Assembly: GCF_001194135.2 (NCBI RefSeq)
Contig: NC_068985.1
Location: 17,239,831-17,303,830 of the forward strand
Source of the DNA: Octopus bimaculoides
Lineage: Eukaryota
Length of the DNA: 64,000 nucleotides
Direction: 5' to 3'
The translations under genes and the position numbers were made by a program. The notes under the pieces were generated by a model that had not been told where the DNA came from, made no database searches, and was given only the letters and a program-made list of their open reading frames with translations. Positions 23,226 through 37,164 of this stretch are shown in pieces; position 1 is the first letter of the stretch; the number at the start of each line of letters is the position of its first letter.

Positions 23226-25200
23226 ATCTGATGAAAATTCAGCCATAAGAACTCAATCACCAGTACATAGGAATTCCCACGGGCAGCCTGTCATCCCTAT
23301 TAAAATATGAGAGAGAGAGAGCAGTTATATGTATATAGATAAGTAGGTAGGTAGGGTGACCAATTCATGGCATTGGTCATACATATTAAGATAGAGGCAG
23401 TTCATTTTACTGCCTTTTTGTGTTTACTGTTGTTGAACTTGAAAAATTTCATCTCGGAAGTTCTGTAAGAAATAAAACTACTTTTCCAACATATTTTAAG
23501 AGTTATTTCTTCCTGTAATTAACACTTTCAATTTGAAATACAATATCTCTATTTAATTTCAGTTTAAACACCTAGCTCAATGAGAAACAGGTGGAGAGAC
23601 AGGCACACACATAAAGTTACAGGCAGATAGGCAGAGAAATAGACATATATAGAGAAAAACAGACAGACATTTAGCCAGCCAGAGCCAGCCAGCTTGACAG
23701 ACAGACGGACAGATACTTTATTCAAGTGCAATAAATGGAACAAAGTATGTAATTAAATATACAGATATAATTAAATACTAGTTGTTGACAATACAAAAAT
23801 AAACACATAAAAAGATAAATGGCTGCACTCAAAAAATTAAGGCACTGAAAGTTGAACAAAAAGATAAAGTTCTTAGCAGAAGCAGGCTTCCAGGAAATTC
23901 CTGTTTAAAGAAAATATGAAACAAGTGGAGCTACATTCAGGGTGCATCCTCTTCGATTCCATTCTTAATCAGAAGAATATTTGCTCTAATATTAAATCAA
24001 GACATGAATGTGGTCAGTATATTGATATATTTTTCACTACTATAACCATCAGGATCTGAAAGATGGTGGAATATGTTATTATGCTTAGATGTTATACATG
24101 TAAAAAGTAGCCATGCAGGTGCCACATACAGAGCACCCATGCTGGCACCATGCAAAAGGCACTTGTGCCAGCACCATGTGAAAAGCACCCAGTACGTTCT
24201 GTAACATGGTTGGCATTAGGAAGGGCACCCAGCCAAAACAGATGACAGGGGTCTGGTGCAGCCCATCGGCTTACCAGCTCTTGACAAACAATTCAGTGCA
24301 TGCCAGCATGGAAAACAGACATTAAATGATGGTGATGATGATGACGGTGGTGGTGGTGGTAGAAGAGGTGGTGGTGATGGTGGTGATGGTGGTGGAGGAG
24401 GAGGAGGAGGAGAAGAAGAAGATGCTCTTAATCTGCCGATAGGGACATTAACTGTTGACATTTATAAAAGTATTGAGCAGACTCCCACATCTCAACCCCA
24501 GTTCATCACTCACTACAATCACCTGCAAACACCATTTGTAAGCATTTGTAACCCACCCCTCACACTCCTATAATCCCTAACCCTCCTTTCCCCTCCTGAT
24601 CCAGTGTCCATATCCTCTCTTGCCCCATTGAGGGTTTGCTTTGGCACCCCATCACTACCATTTTACCATCTTCCTAGCTACTCTAGTCTACCCTTATATA
24701 ATGCAGAATAGCCATGTATCTTCTTGTGCTTGTCCCGTTATCATAAAAAAAACTGGCACTTCATCAGTTGCGATGACAAGGGTTGCAGTTGATCTGATCA
24801 CCAGAACAGCCTGCTTGTAGAATTAACACACAAACAGCTGAGTATTCCACAGACATGCATATCCTTAACATAGTTCTCAGGGAGATTCAGTGTGAGATAG
24901 AATGTGACAAGGCTGACCCTTTGAAATACAGGTACTGCTCATTTTTGCCAGTGGACTGGAGCAACCTGAAATAAAGTGCTTTGCTGAAGGACACAACATG
25001 CTGACATTATGATTGTGAGCTGAGTACCTTAACCACTTAGCCACACATCTTCATTCTATCATACTTTAACCTCAACCAACACCTGACAAAGCCACTTCTA
25101 ACCCTTCTCAAAAACTAGCCCAAGTTAGTCAAGGAGGTGTTTTCCTTTTCTTGTTCTTTTCCTGTCTTGTGAATTACTTGATTAACTAACTTGCTAATCA

Positions 25201-25588
25201 TTGTTATTGGCACTCCGTCGCTTACGACGTCAAGGGTTCCAGTTGATCAGGTCAATGGAACAGCCTGCTCGTGAAATTAACGTGCAAGTGGCTGAGCACT
25301 CCACAGACACGTGTACCCTTAACGTAGTTCTCGGGGATATTCAGCGTGACACAGTGTGTGACAAGGCTGACCCTTTGAATTACAGGCACAACAGAAACAG
25401 GAAGTAAGAGTGAGAGAAAGTTGTGGTGGAAGAGTACAGCAGGGTTCGCCACCATCCCCTGCCGGAGCCTCATGGAACTTTATGTGTTTTCGCTCAATAA
25501 ACACTCACAACGCCCTGTCTGGGAATCGAAACCGCAATCCTATGACCGCAAGTCCGCTGCCCTAACCACTAGGCCATTGCGCCTCCAC
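25201..25588 (-). mobile_element. tRNA-derived SINE (family A), full length
   Basis: Reverse complement matches 732-1121 along its whole length. Partial relatives at about 11884-11990, 12330-12510 and 24745-25050. Confidence 0.9.
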
Positions 25589-26084
25589 ACCTAACTAGTA
25601 CCAGTGGCACAAAAAAAAAAACACCCAGTAAAGTGGATGGCATTAAGAAAGGGCATCCAGCCTTAGAAAACATGCCAAAGCTGACAATGTATCTTGACGC
25701 AGCCCAGCAGCTCACCAGATCCTGTCAAACCATCCAACTTATGCCAGCATGGGAAACAGATATTAAATGATGATGAAGAACAGGTGACTTTGGTTATTTC
25801 CAATATTTTCGACATCAGAAATAACTACTGAAGGATTCACTGTGCAATGAGGAAAAAATATTAGGGTTTTCCAAAGTTATTTTGGGATGAGAAGCAAAGA
25901 AGTGAGACAACTTTGAATGCTTGTGATTCATTAGTCTTCATTACTTGCAGTATATCCTTTGTCATTTCTTGCTGGTACTGTAGTAAATGTAATTTGAAAT
26001 ACCACAACCAACAACCATAGATGACAAAAGACCTGATTAGATCCTCTACAAATAGAAGTTCATCCAGCAGAATTTATTAAGGAA

Positions 26085-26252
26085 AGTCATTGACAACCAG
26101 GTGGTTTCGGGTCCAGCCCTATTGCACACCACCTTGGGTCTTTTCTATAGTCTTGGGTTGACAAATTCCTTGTGAGTGAATTTGACAAGTGAAAACTGTG
26201 AGGAAACCTACTGTGTGTTTGTGTATCTATATATAAAAATGTGTCTATGTGT

Positions 26253-26330
<78 letters not shown>

Positions 26331-26551
26331 ATAATACAAATAATATGTGAGTATATGCATATATACGTACATGTATGTACATACCTACATCTACATGTAT
26401 ATATAGATGTATATCTGGGTACAGGACATCACAAAAAAACGTGGACAAAAAGAAAAACAGAACATAAACAGAGCACAGAAAACACACAGGCCACATAGAG
26501 AACATTTCCTTCATCAGCTGCCCGTATTCTAAACTAAGCGTTTCGAAGAGA

Positions 26552-26582
<31 letters not shown>

Positions 26583-26760
26583 GTGTGTGTGCATTTATAT
26601 ATGTGTGTGTGTGTGTATACGTGTATGTGCACATGTCTTTGTGGCTGTCTTTGTCCCCCACTATTGCTTGACAACCAGTACTGGTGCATTTACATCCCCA
26701 TAACCTAGTGGTTCAGTGAAAGAGATTGACAGAATAAGTGCCAGGCTTAAAAAGATAAGT

Positions 26761-26765
<5 letters not shown>
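26085..26765 (+). mobile_element. SINE family B with expanded (TA)n and a nested fragment
   Basis: Diverged head at about 26085-26220, long (TA)n at 26256-26327, unrelated insert at about 26400-26550, 3' half at 26630-26765. Confidence 0.7.
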
Positions 26766-26822
<57 letters not shown>

Positions 26823-27691
26823 NNNNNNNNNNNNNNNNNNNNNNNNNNNNNNNNNNNNNNNNNNNNNNNNNNNNNNNNNNNNNNNNNNNNNNNNNNNNNN
26901 NNNNNNNNNNNNNNNNNNNNNNNNNNNNNNNNNNNNNNNNNNNNNNNNNNNNNNNNNNNNNNNNNNNNNNNNNNNNNNNNNNNNNNNNNNNNNNNNNNNN
27001 NNNNNNNNNNNNNNNNNNNNNNNNNNNNNNNNNNNNNNNNNNNNNNNNNNNNNNNNNNNNNNNNNNNNNNNNNNNNNNNNNNNNNNNNNNNNNNNNNNNN
27101 NNNNNNNNNNNNNNNNNNNNNNNNNNNNNNNNNNNNNNNNNNNNNNNNNNNNNNNNNNNNNNNNNNNNNNNNNNNNNNNNNNNNNNNNNNNNNNNNNNNN
27201 NNNNNNNNNNNNNNNNNNNNNNNNNNNNNNNNNNNNNNNNNNNNNNNNNNNNNNNNNNNNNNNNNNNNNNNNNNNNNNNNNNNNNNNNNNNNNNNNNNNN
27301 NNNNNNNNNNNNNNNNNNNNNNNNNNNNNNNNNNNNNNNNNNNNNNNNNNNNNNNNNNNNNNNNNNNNNNNNNNNNNNNNNNNNNNNNNNNNNNNNNNNN
27401 NNNNNNNNNNNNNNNNNNNNNNNNNNNNNNNNNNNNNNNNNNNNNNNNNNNNNNNNNNNNNNNNNNNNNNNNNNNNNNNNNNNNNNNNNNNNNNNNNNNN
27501 NNNNNNNNNNNNNNAAACTATTTATGATACTAATACCTTAAAGTTATATTCAGACCGATACTAATAGGCTGAAGTTTAAAAATTCTGCAATTGAGCACCT
27601 TCTTTTAATTTCAAATATGTGTGTGTGCCTGCATGCGCATGAGTGTGTGTGAGTGTGTCTGTGTGTGTGTGTGCGTGTGTGTGATCATCAT

Positions 27692-27861
27692 AGGCACAGG
27701 AGTGGCTGTGTGGTAAGAAGTTTGGTTCCAAACCACATGGCTCCGGGTTCAGTCCCACTGCATAGCACCTTGGGCAAGTACCTTCTACTATAGCTTCGGG
27801 TCAACTAAAGCTTTGTGAGTGGATTTGGAAGACAGCAACTGAAAGCCACGCCTGTGCACAC

Positions 27862-27892
<31 letters not shown>

Positions 27893-28117
27893 TGTGTATA
27901 CGTGCATGTGCACATGTCTTTGTGTCTGTGTTTATCCCCCACCATTGCTTGACAACCAATGCTGGTGCGTTTACATCCCCATAACTTAGTGGTTCAGCAA
28001 ATGATCGACAGAATAAGTGCCAGGCTTTAAAAAAGTACTGGGGGTAATTTGTTCAACTAAAATTTTTTCTAGGCAGTGCCCCAGCATGGCCACAGCTTAA
28101 TGCCTGAAACAAGTAAA
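27692..28117 (+). mobile_element. SINE family B
   Basis: Complete head, (TG)n centre and 3' half. Confidence 0.85.
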
Positions 28118-28162
28118 TATGTATGTCTGTATGTATGTATGTATGTATGTACGTACATACGT

Positions 28163-28215
<53 letters not shown>

Positions 28216-28226
28216 CACACACACAC
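28118..28226. repeat. (TATG)n(GATA)n(CA)n compound microsatellite
   Basis: Read directly; follows a SINE-B tail. Confidence 0.95.
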
Positions 28227-29779
28227 AATATGTTGTTGGGTTTTCTTTTATTGTTTGTCGATTTCTTTAAAGTGTTGTAAAAGGCATCCCAGAAATATGA
28301 CATAATCACCATTCAGAGGATGGTAAACTACTTCGGTAACAATGCTGCACTGCCACTTGTTAAGTTCAATTTCAATGAGCAGCTATTCATAAGATTGATC
28401 AATAAATAGCGAGAGATTTTTGCCTTATTCTATCTATACTTGTAATGCTTCATTACATAAAGCCCTGCACCCACCACCCTTTGTGTAGTCTAAATTCAGG
28501 TCAGCGGTAGCCATCAATATGGTATCCTGAATATAATCACAATAATACTAATGACGGTGGTGGTGATGATGATGATGATGATGATTCTAAATAATTACTA
28601 TTTTTAATAATCGCAATTAGAATAATACTGATGACTATTGATAAATTATAATAATGATGGTTAAATAATATTAATATCAATGCGAACAAAGGTTCTTCTA
28701 TGTGGTTGCGCAACCTGCTAGACATAGCAGCCAAATCTTCTTCATGTTACATTCTACATCTTAGATAAAAAAAGACACATTAAGACACAAAAGACACAAT
28801 GTTATGGTGGATCTAATGTGTCTGAAAAGATGAATATATAAAAGAGATGGGATGGTCTTAGCTGGAATGCCTTTTGATCATAAGTCTGTTTGATCAGAGC
28901 AGCCTTGGGGATAACCAAAAGATGTTACTGATAGTGCTGTAGTGGATTACGATATGCATCATACATTATTTGATATTTCAGTCTATACAAAACATAATTT
29001 CAAGATTAAGATCTTCAGCAAAGATGCCATCTCTTTAATATTTTATGTTTAGTAATAGAAGCTTTTATTGATGTTTGGGGATTTCTTTATCTCTCCTTTC
29101 AATGAATGGTGACTCACAGAATGCTTTCAGTATCAACAAGAAAAAACCACGTAAATGCAAGGGATATACGTAGAGAAAGAAGGATTAATGGAGATGAGAT
29201 AAAGGAAGAAAGAAAGAGAAACAAGAAGAAGAAGAAAGAAGAAATTAAGAAGTAAAAGGAAAGGAGGAGGAGGAATCTTAAATAGAATAAAAACAAATCT
29301 TAAAATGGAGAGAAAATAGAAGTGAAGAAAAAAATTGGAGAAACAACCTCTTCGTGTTATGTAATCTGAAAGACTGACCAGAGAAGTGGGACAATAAGAC
29401 AAAAATGGTTCAGAAGCTCTGAGCTAAAAGTAGAAACAGGAGGTAAGATTTAGTTGCATAAGAACAAAGCTTAACCACAAAAAGCTATTGAAGTAAGGTA
29501 GTTAAATTAGATTTATGTAAACTGCAAACTATAAAATCTGCATAATAGAAAACAACTCTTTTATTTCAAGTTACCTAGTTCTCACAAAGTTGGGATATAT
29601 TAAATCATGATCAAGTTGGTATCAACATCTATTGAGTAATATACTGACACTCCCAATTCAAAACAAGAAATAACTGGTATAGGTGTGTACTAGATCTGGT
29701 TTGTTGGCATGGAGTTTATGTGCAATTTAGCCTCACTCTGTTTTTTTTCTATTATTACTACAACAGCTTCTGTACCTTG

Positions 29780-30700
29780 GAGGTTTTGTCTTCTCCCACC
29801 ATCATGCTGGCACAGCCAGTTCACTTATATCTCGTCATCTCATCAATCTCTTAATCCAACCCCATCCCTTCCCTCATTCTCAATACTAACCACCTCCATT
29901 TCTTTCTTCCCCAATATATTACCCAAAAGAATTTCCTATTTCTATTCATGTTTTTCCTGCTGTTGTTGAGAGGATCATCAATCACATCAATCTCACATGT
30001 CTTGGAAGGCCTGTGAGACAGGTGAGACTGATGCAGCCGTGGACAGTCATGGACCTGAAGTTGTCTATTACACTCCTACCACCATTACTCTGTTCAAGTT
30101 CTTTTCCAGCCATGTCACCACTAGTCAGCAAACAGCTTGGAATACTTCCAATCTGCTGCTGTTACAATAGACAACCACCAAGACTGTAGCAAACAAGCCT
30201 GGCATGTAACATTTAAGTTCATAAATTGAGCCATCTAGTCCAAATGATTCGCTCATTGCTCAGATACCCAAGATGTCTACTACTGAAATTGGTTTTTCAT
30301 AGCATTGTCACTCTGCATCGTCAACCAAGAATCACAACAGACCATTTATTTGGCCACTGAAATCCACCATTTTCTGTTGTTGCAACTTGAGAACAGTCTG
30401 GTAAAGTATTGTCATAAACCAATATACATCTACTTGGAACTAGAACTCTGTCAAAGATATGAGGGTTGGTTACCATGCTGCATCCCTACTACTTGTAGTT
30501 ACTGAATGTGTTCATTCCCTTGTTTTCCATAGTAGAAGCCCTGGGATGAATGATGCATTCTTTATGCTTCAGGTCAAAGAATTAACAAAGAGTCATTCTT
30601 GTCACAGGATGATCCCAAAACAATGCTTTTCTAACTCCTCTAATTTGCTGTCCCCTTTTGCTACATTTTTACTGAAAATGACAGATTCTGTCTGAAATAC
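29780..30700 (-). mobile_element. Probable decayed LINE RT fragment
   Basis: TTTGACAGAGTT (FDRV) near 30450 in non-SINE sequence of higher GC; otherwise heavily disrupted. Confidence 0.4.
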
Positions 30701-30730
30701 ACCTTCTGTTATTAATAAGTGAATTGGTCA

Positions 30731-31005
30731 CCTTCCTGGCACTTGTGCCGGTGGCACGTGTAAAGACATTCGAGCGAGATCGTTGCCAGTGCCGCTGGAC
30801 TGGCTCCTGTGCAGGTGGCATGTAAAAGCACCCACTACACTCTCGGAGTGGTTGGCGTTAGGAAGGGCATCCAGCTGTAGAAACTCTGCCAAATCAGATT
30901 GGAGCCTGGTGTAGCCATCTGGTTCACCAGTCCTCAGTCAAATCGTCCAACCCATGCTAGCATGGAAAGTGGACGTTAAACGATGATGATGATGATGATG
31001 ATGAT
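30731..31005 (+). mobile_element. SINE-like family C, two modules
   Basis: Modules at 30745 and 30809, then the body and (GAT)n tail. Confidence 0.9.
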
Positions 31006-33247
31006 CAATCCCTGCTTAACTAATTCATTAGTCTGATCCCTGAAATCTTTCCATGCTGAGAAAGAAAAGCTTCATTTCTAATACTTGAGAAACTAAATGT
31101 TTGAATTTGTTTCCCACAATTGCCAATAAAAACAAATGAATATAATTAGTTGATTTCTCAGCACATGTTTATTTCTAACTAGCTTTTTAATGCTTAATTA
31201 CTCAAATACATTGAGACTAACTTACCTAGTGTAACAACAATTCACTCAGAAATATTCCCCCTGCCCCATCCTAAAACAACACTGAAAGTCACAAATATAT
31301 ATTTTTATTAAAACATATGAATATAAAAACTATGTCACGCTATAGACAAACAGACATTTAGGCTGGTATGTTATTTATTTGATAAAAGCATATGGCAGTC
31401 AGTATTCAAATAATCACTTTCTCTCAATATCCATTGTTTTCTAAACCTTTATTTCATGTTGAATTTGTAAATAATTTATTTTGAATTCTCATATCAAATG
31501 ATGTATGCATAAAACCATCAATATTCTAAATTATCTTTCATGTCCAAAATATGTCTTGTTGTGAAGATATATAATAGGTGGCACTGGATGAAATAAAATG
31601 CTGAAGAGAAGAAGCACTGCATTTATGAGTGAGGAAGAATACGTTAACTATAACATAATCTCCACTGCCTCTTATAAGATGACTGGGCCAATCTATCAGG
31701 CTACCATTTATACATTAGACAGAATAAAGGGTTAATCTCTCTTCAAGTATATAAATACTTTTCTGTTTTAAAGATTGAAATATCTTTTATAGAATTTTAA
31801 GTAACACTGTTATTCTTTATGTATTTCATAAAAATTATGGTCTCTAGTGCCACGTAAAAAGCACCCATGCTGGTGTCATGTAAAAAGCTCCAAAGCTAGT
31901 GCCATATATAAAGCACTGGTGTTGGTGCCACATAAAAAGAAAACCCAGCACACATCCAGTTGTAGAAACCATGCCAAAATAGACAATTGGAGCCTGATGC
32001 AGCTCTCCAGATTACTAACTCCTGTTTAACTGCGCAACTCATGCCAGCATAGAAAACAGATATTAAATGATGATGATTTAGTGTAAAAACATCAATAGAC
32101 TTTGTAATGGGTTAATGATTATAAACTGACAAGGGATATCATCTCCATAGTAATGAAACGTAAAATAATGTTATTCTTTTTTACAACATTTATGGATTTA
32201 TAAAGAGTTACATAAACTTAACTGACAGATTGTTGTGGCAATTTAATATGGATTGGTTTATGATATCTTAAGTTGTTAAATTAATAGTAAAGGAGAATGA
32301 ATGATATATTCTCAATGAATGATATTCTCAATGACAGTCGCAAATTAAAACAAATTTAAGATGAAAATTTCTTAAACATTCTTGCTGATCATATTACATT
32401 TTGTGTAATAATGTTAACATATCTTTTCTTCTACAGAACCCGCCAAACAAGAAAAGAGATCATTTCTACAACCAAAACAAAGATATTTCATCTAAGATTT
32501 TAGTCACTAAGAAATGAGGCTTACCTAGAACAAGCCAGTAAAACAATCACTCTAGTACTTAGATAAAGACACCTGATCTGGTTCAGTTTAATATACTGCA
32601 TAGTTAAAAAACACTTCCTGGTTTTACTAAGCTTTTACTAGTATATCCTCTTTTGCAAACACTCACATCAAGCCACCTATTTGATGCTAACACCATCTCT
32701 TGACATACTGCCTACAACTGCAGCGTCCATTGAAAGTATTTCTGATTAGACTAGGGGACAAATTTCAATTTTTTGTCTATTGAATTAGATTTGACAGTTA
32801 GTCCTAGGTAATTTGAGTTTGCTGAGTATAAGTCTTTATTTGATTTTCCTCTATCAGGTCCTGGTTTTGGGTGATAAATTTTTGATGAAATTCATAAAAG
32901 CAAGTCTCTCATAGCTTTTGTTAAAGCTTTTTCAAATGCCAACAAAAAGGTGCCCGACACATTCTGCCCTGAGCATTCCTACCCATATACACATGTACAT
33001 CTACATTTGACTGACTTTGAATAGAAATAAAGAAGGTGAATTTAATTGAATAGATGTCAGAGAAGAATGGTTCAACTGAATTTAACTTAATTCCATTATG
33101 AGAGCTATTTTTATTTATGTCAAAAATTACCTTTTGATGCAATTATTTTTTTCCATACAGGTGTGGCAAGAGCCTACTAACCATGAGACTGATTCCTACT
33201 TTTTCTGTCTAGACTTCAGGCTTCACAAAGAAAAATAAACATTGTAT

Positions 33248-33566
33248 TCATCATCATCATCATCATCGTTTAACGTCCGCTTTCCATGCTAGCATGGGTT
33301 GGACGATTTGACTGAGGACAGGTGAAACCGGATGGCAACACCAGGCTCCAGTCTGATTTGGCAGAGTTTCTACAGCTGGATGCCCTTCCTAACGCCAACC
33401 ACTCAGAGAGTGTAGTGGGTGCTTTTACGTGTCACCCGCACGAAAATGGCCACGCTCGAAATGGTGTCTTTTATGTGCCACCCGCACAAGCCAGTCCAGG
33501 GGCACTGGCAACGATCTCGCTCAAAAATCCTACAGGAGCCAGTCAGGCGGTACTGGCAACGGCCAT
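33248..33566 (-). mobile_element. SINE-like family C
   Basis: High-identity reverse complement of 30731-31005. Confidence 0.9.
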
Positions 33567-34102
33567 GTGATACGACCCGTGCTACATTCCAATGAAATCC
33601 CTGTTCCAATATTTAAGGGTCTACCACCTCAAGAACCAGTTGAAGATGTTCCAGAAAATATTGTTGTGCACTCTGAGGGGTCTGACATTGATCTTGACCC
33701 TAGTTTATTTGGAAGTCAAATGATTTGCAAAAGTTTTACCAGGCCAAGTTGAATGATCTTGTAAGGGATCTAAATTTGCCAAAAAAGGCAGTGGAAATTG
33801 TAGCTTCAAAACTTAGATAGAAAAACTTGCTTACTTCAAGAACATACATTACATTTTACAAAAAAAGAGAACAACTTCTTAAATATTTAAGAACAGAGGA
33901 CGGTTTAGTATATTGCTGCATCATACCTGGTTTGTTACTGGAGATGGGGATTGAGTCTTATGATGCAAATGATTGGCGCTTGTTTTTATACAGTTCAAAA
34001 AGAAGTGAGTGTTGTTGCATAATGGCAATCTATACAGCTCAAAGCTGATTGGGCACTCAAGAAAATTAAAAGAAAAGTATGAACCTTTAGCCGAACAATT
34101 AT

Positions 34103-34147
34103 TCTGTGCTGATGAAGGGAAATAACCTGGAAATCGCAATACACAGA
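34103..34147 (+). ncRNA. Minimal type-I hammerhead ribozyme-like motif
   Basis: TCTGTG-CTGATGA-AGGG[AAATAA]CCTG-GAAA-TCGCAATA-CACAGA: 6-bp stem I, intact core, near-palindromic stem III, one extra or mismatched nucleotide at the base of stem II. Confidence 0.6.
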
Positions 34148-34368
34148 TGTTGTTTTGAGCTGAGTGGGGGTGCTAGATTCCCTTGTTTGAAAATATAAGG
34201 ACACAGATTGTGTTGTATAGCCAGCTGGAGATGATGTCTCCTGGGGCTAAATTACAGCAACATTCGTCCTAAACCAGGACTGCCATGTTATGTTGGCAAA
34301 TAATCTTTACTCCAAAGTACTGTTGCTGAATATCTCTCATTGTGAGATTTACAAATAGTAATTTTAAT

Positions 34369-34905
<537 letters not shown>

Positions 34906-36289
34906 GAATATAGAAAAGGTTTTAAATCATATAAAATATAGGGAACATAAATCATATGAGTTGACTTTAAAATGGTTAAATTTCAGCTAGGACCACAAAT
35001 AAGGTATACTAAATATCTCTGCTTCTTTTGCTTATGGGACAGCAGAGCCAAAGAAGAACATTGTTTCAAACAAATGGCCAGCATGAACATCACTTACTGT
35101 CAGAGAAAAAAATGTAATTAATCCACCTTTAGTGTTCAGAGATAAAATCATATCCCCTCCTCTGCATATCAAACTAGGCCTCATTAAACAATATGTAAAA
35201 GTTTTAGATATGAACAGCAAGTGTTTCAAATACATAAATTCAAATGTAATGAAAAAAATCAAGGTGGGAATTTTCAACAAGCCACAAACAAGAACATTAA
35301 TTAAAGATTGCAATTTTCCTAATGTCATGGATGAACACGAAAAAATGCCTGGTTTTCATTCATGGATTTCATAGAAAATTTTTTAGGCAATTATAGGGCA
35401 GATAACTACAAAGAAATTGTGAAAAAAAACTTCTAAGGGACTACATAGGTTGCAATATGAGAATAAAAATGCATTTTTTTAAATAACCATCTTGACCAAT
35501 TTCCAAGAAATTTAGGAGGAACAGTACCAAGGACACCAGGATTCCCACATAATGGCTAATTGTTGTTGGTGCTTGAAAAGAGACCTTCCATCAACAAGCA
35601 AATACGCTAGAAAGTCTTACAAAAGAAAATTGTTGCCAAAGTGAAAGCTTCGTTTTTCTTTATTTTTTGTAACTTGAAAATAAATTTGAACACATCATAA
35701 TTTTTTAGTTCTAATCTGAAAACTCTGGAAAATGGCACATAGGCTGTTGACAAGAATCAAGATCTGATAGAGCCAAACCAAGTCAAAATATGTATCCAGC
35801 ACACCAAAATTACTTAGAATCAAGTGCCAGATATCATTCAATAAAATATGTGTTCTCTGGTGTTATCTGAGAACACTGGTAGAAGAGGTTTCCCAACAGA
35901 GTACTATCATCAACTTTTACATTTTCACACAGATTTTCTCAAACCATTTTTTCCTTTACTACATTTGCTGCACCTACACATTTGTAAAAAAAAATAATTT
36001 TTACAAGTGCTGTGTCACAAAAAAGCTCTCTGTACACTCTGAAGAGGTTGGCATCAAGAAGGGCACACAACTGAAGAAATCAGCTGCTACATTAACATTC
36101 TATACTACATTAAAAATAAAAGCTATCCAACTATATAAGCCCAGGTACGCTTGTGTGATTAAAATATTCACTTTGCAACCATGTAGGTTCAGGTACAGTT
36201 CTACTGTGTGGTGCTTTGGGATATAAACCCAGGCCAACCAATGTCTTGTGAGTAGAGTTGATAGATGGAAACTGAGTGTCAGTTTTCCT

Positions 36290-37164
36290 GGATGTTTGGT
36301 CTTGAAATCCTTTCGTAACTACCTCAGTAAGTTTGTACAGTATTCTCAATTGACAGTGTGGCCCTTTTGAAGATAGTCAATAAACACAATGCTTTTTGCA
36401 TCCCAAAAAACTGAGACTATCACCTTCCCTGAAAATGAAATGACCTTGGCCTGCTTTTAGAGCAAGTGAGGAGGAATGTTTTCACTGCATGAATTGTTTC
36501 TTTGTGATTAAAATTATCAACCATTCACCTGGGTTAACAATCATTCAAGGTAATCAAGAGGATCTGTCTCAAACAATGTCAAATTTTCCTGTGATGTAAC
36601 CAGTCTGGTGCACTTTTGATCAGGTGTGACACCCATCAGGCAGAAACTTTTATCATGTGACGAGCTGGCAGAAACGTTAGCCACCGGATGAAATGCTTAG
36701 CGGTATTTCGTCTGCCGCTACGTTCTGAGTTCAAATTCCGCTAAGGTCGACTTTGCCTTTCATCCTTTCAGGGTCGATTAAATAAGTACCAGTTACGCAC
36801 TGGGGTCGTTTGTCTGTCCTTGTTTGTCCCCTCTGTGTGTAGCCCCTTGTGGGCAGTAAAGACATAAGAAACTTTTATCATGCCAAATTCATTGTGCAGA
36901 ATATTCTCAACTCTCTCATGGGATATGCTACTAGGTGAACATGATCAATGTTTTCCTCAGTGGGGGCAGTTGCAGGATGTCCAGATCTTGGGCCATCGTC
37001 AAGACTCTCTTCTCCTCCTGAATTAAGTTGCCCACTTTTGCACTGTTGATGAAGCTGGAGTGTCATCCCCATGATGTAGCAACCATGTCAGCCTGAATAT
37101 CCTTGGGGGACTAACCCTTTTTCTGCAGACACTCGATAACACCACATTGCCAAATTTTGTCCAT
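36290..37164 (-). pseudogene. Mariner (DD34D-type) transposase remnant
   Basis: MDKIWQCGVIECLQKKG*SPKDIQADM; ESLDDGPRSGHPATA; MIKVSA*WVSHL..PDQKCTRL; GKVIVSVFWDAKSIVFIDYLQKGHTVN. Interrupted by SINE-D and 3'-truncated by SINE-B. Confidence 0.9.
36658..36866 (+). mobile_element. SINE family D inserted in a mariner transposase
   Basis: Head (G)ACGAGCTGGCAGAAACGTTAG, GAGTTCAAATTCC B-box-like motif; perfect 16-bp TSD AGAAACTTTTATCATG at 36642-36657 and 36867-36882. Confidence 0.92.

Noticed and set aside
24216-24573. Poly-Pro / poly-Gly ORFs
   Set aside because: They come from a (GAT)(GGT)(GGA)(GAA) trinucleotide mosaic extending a family C tail.
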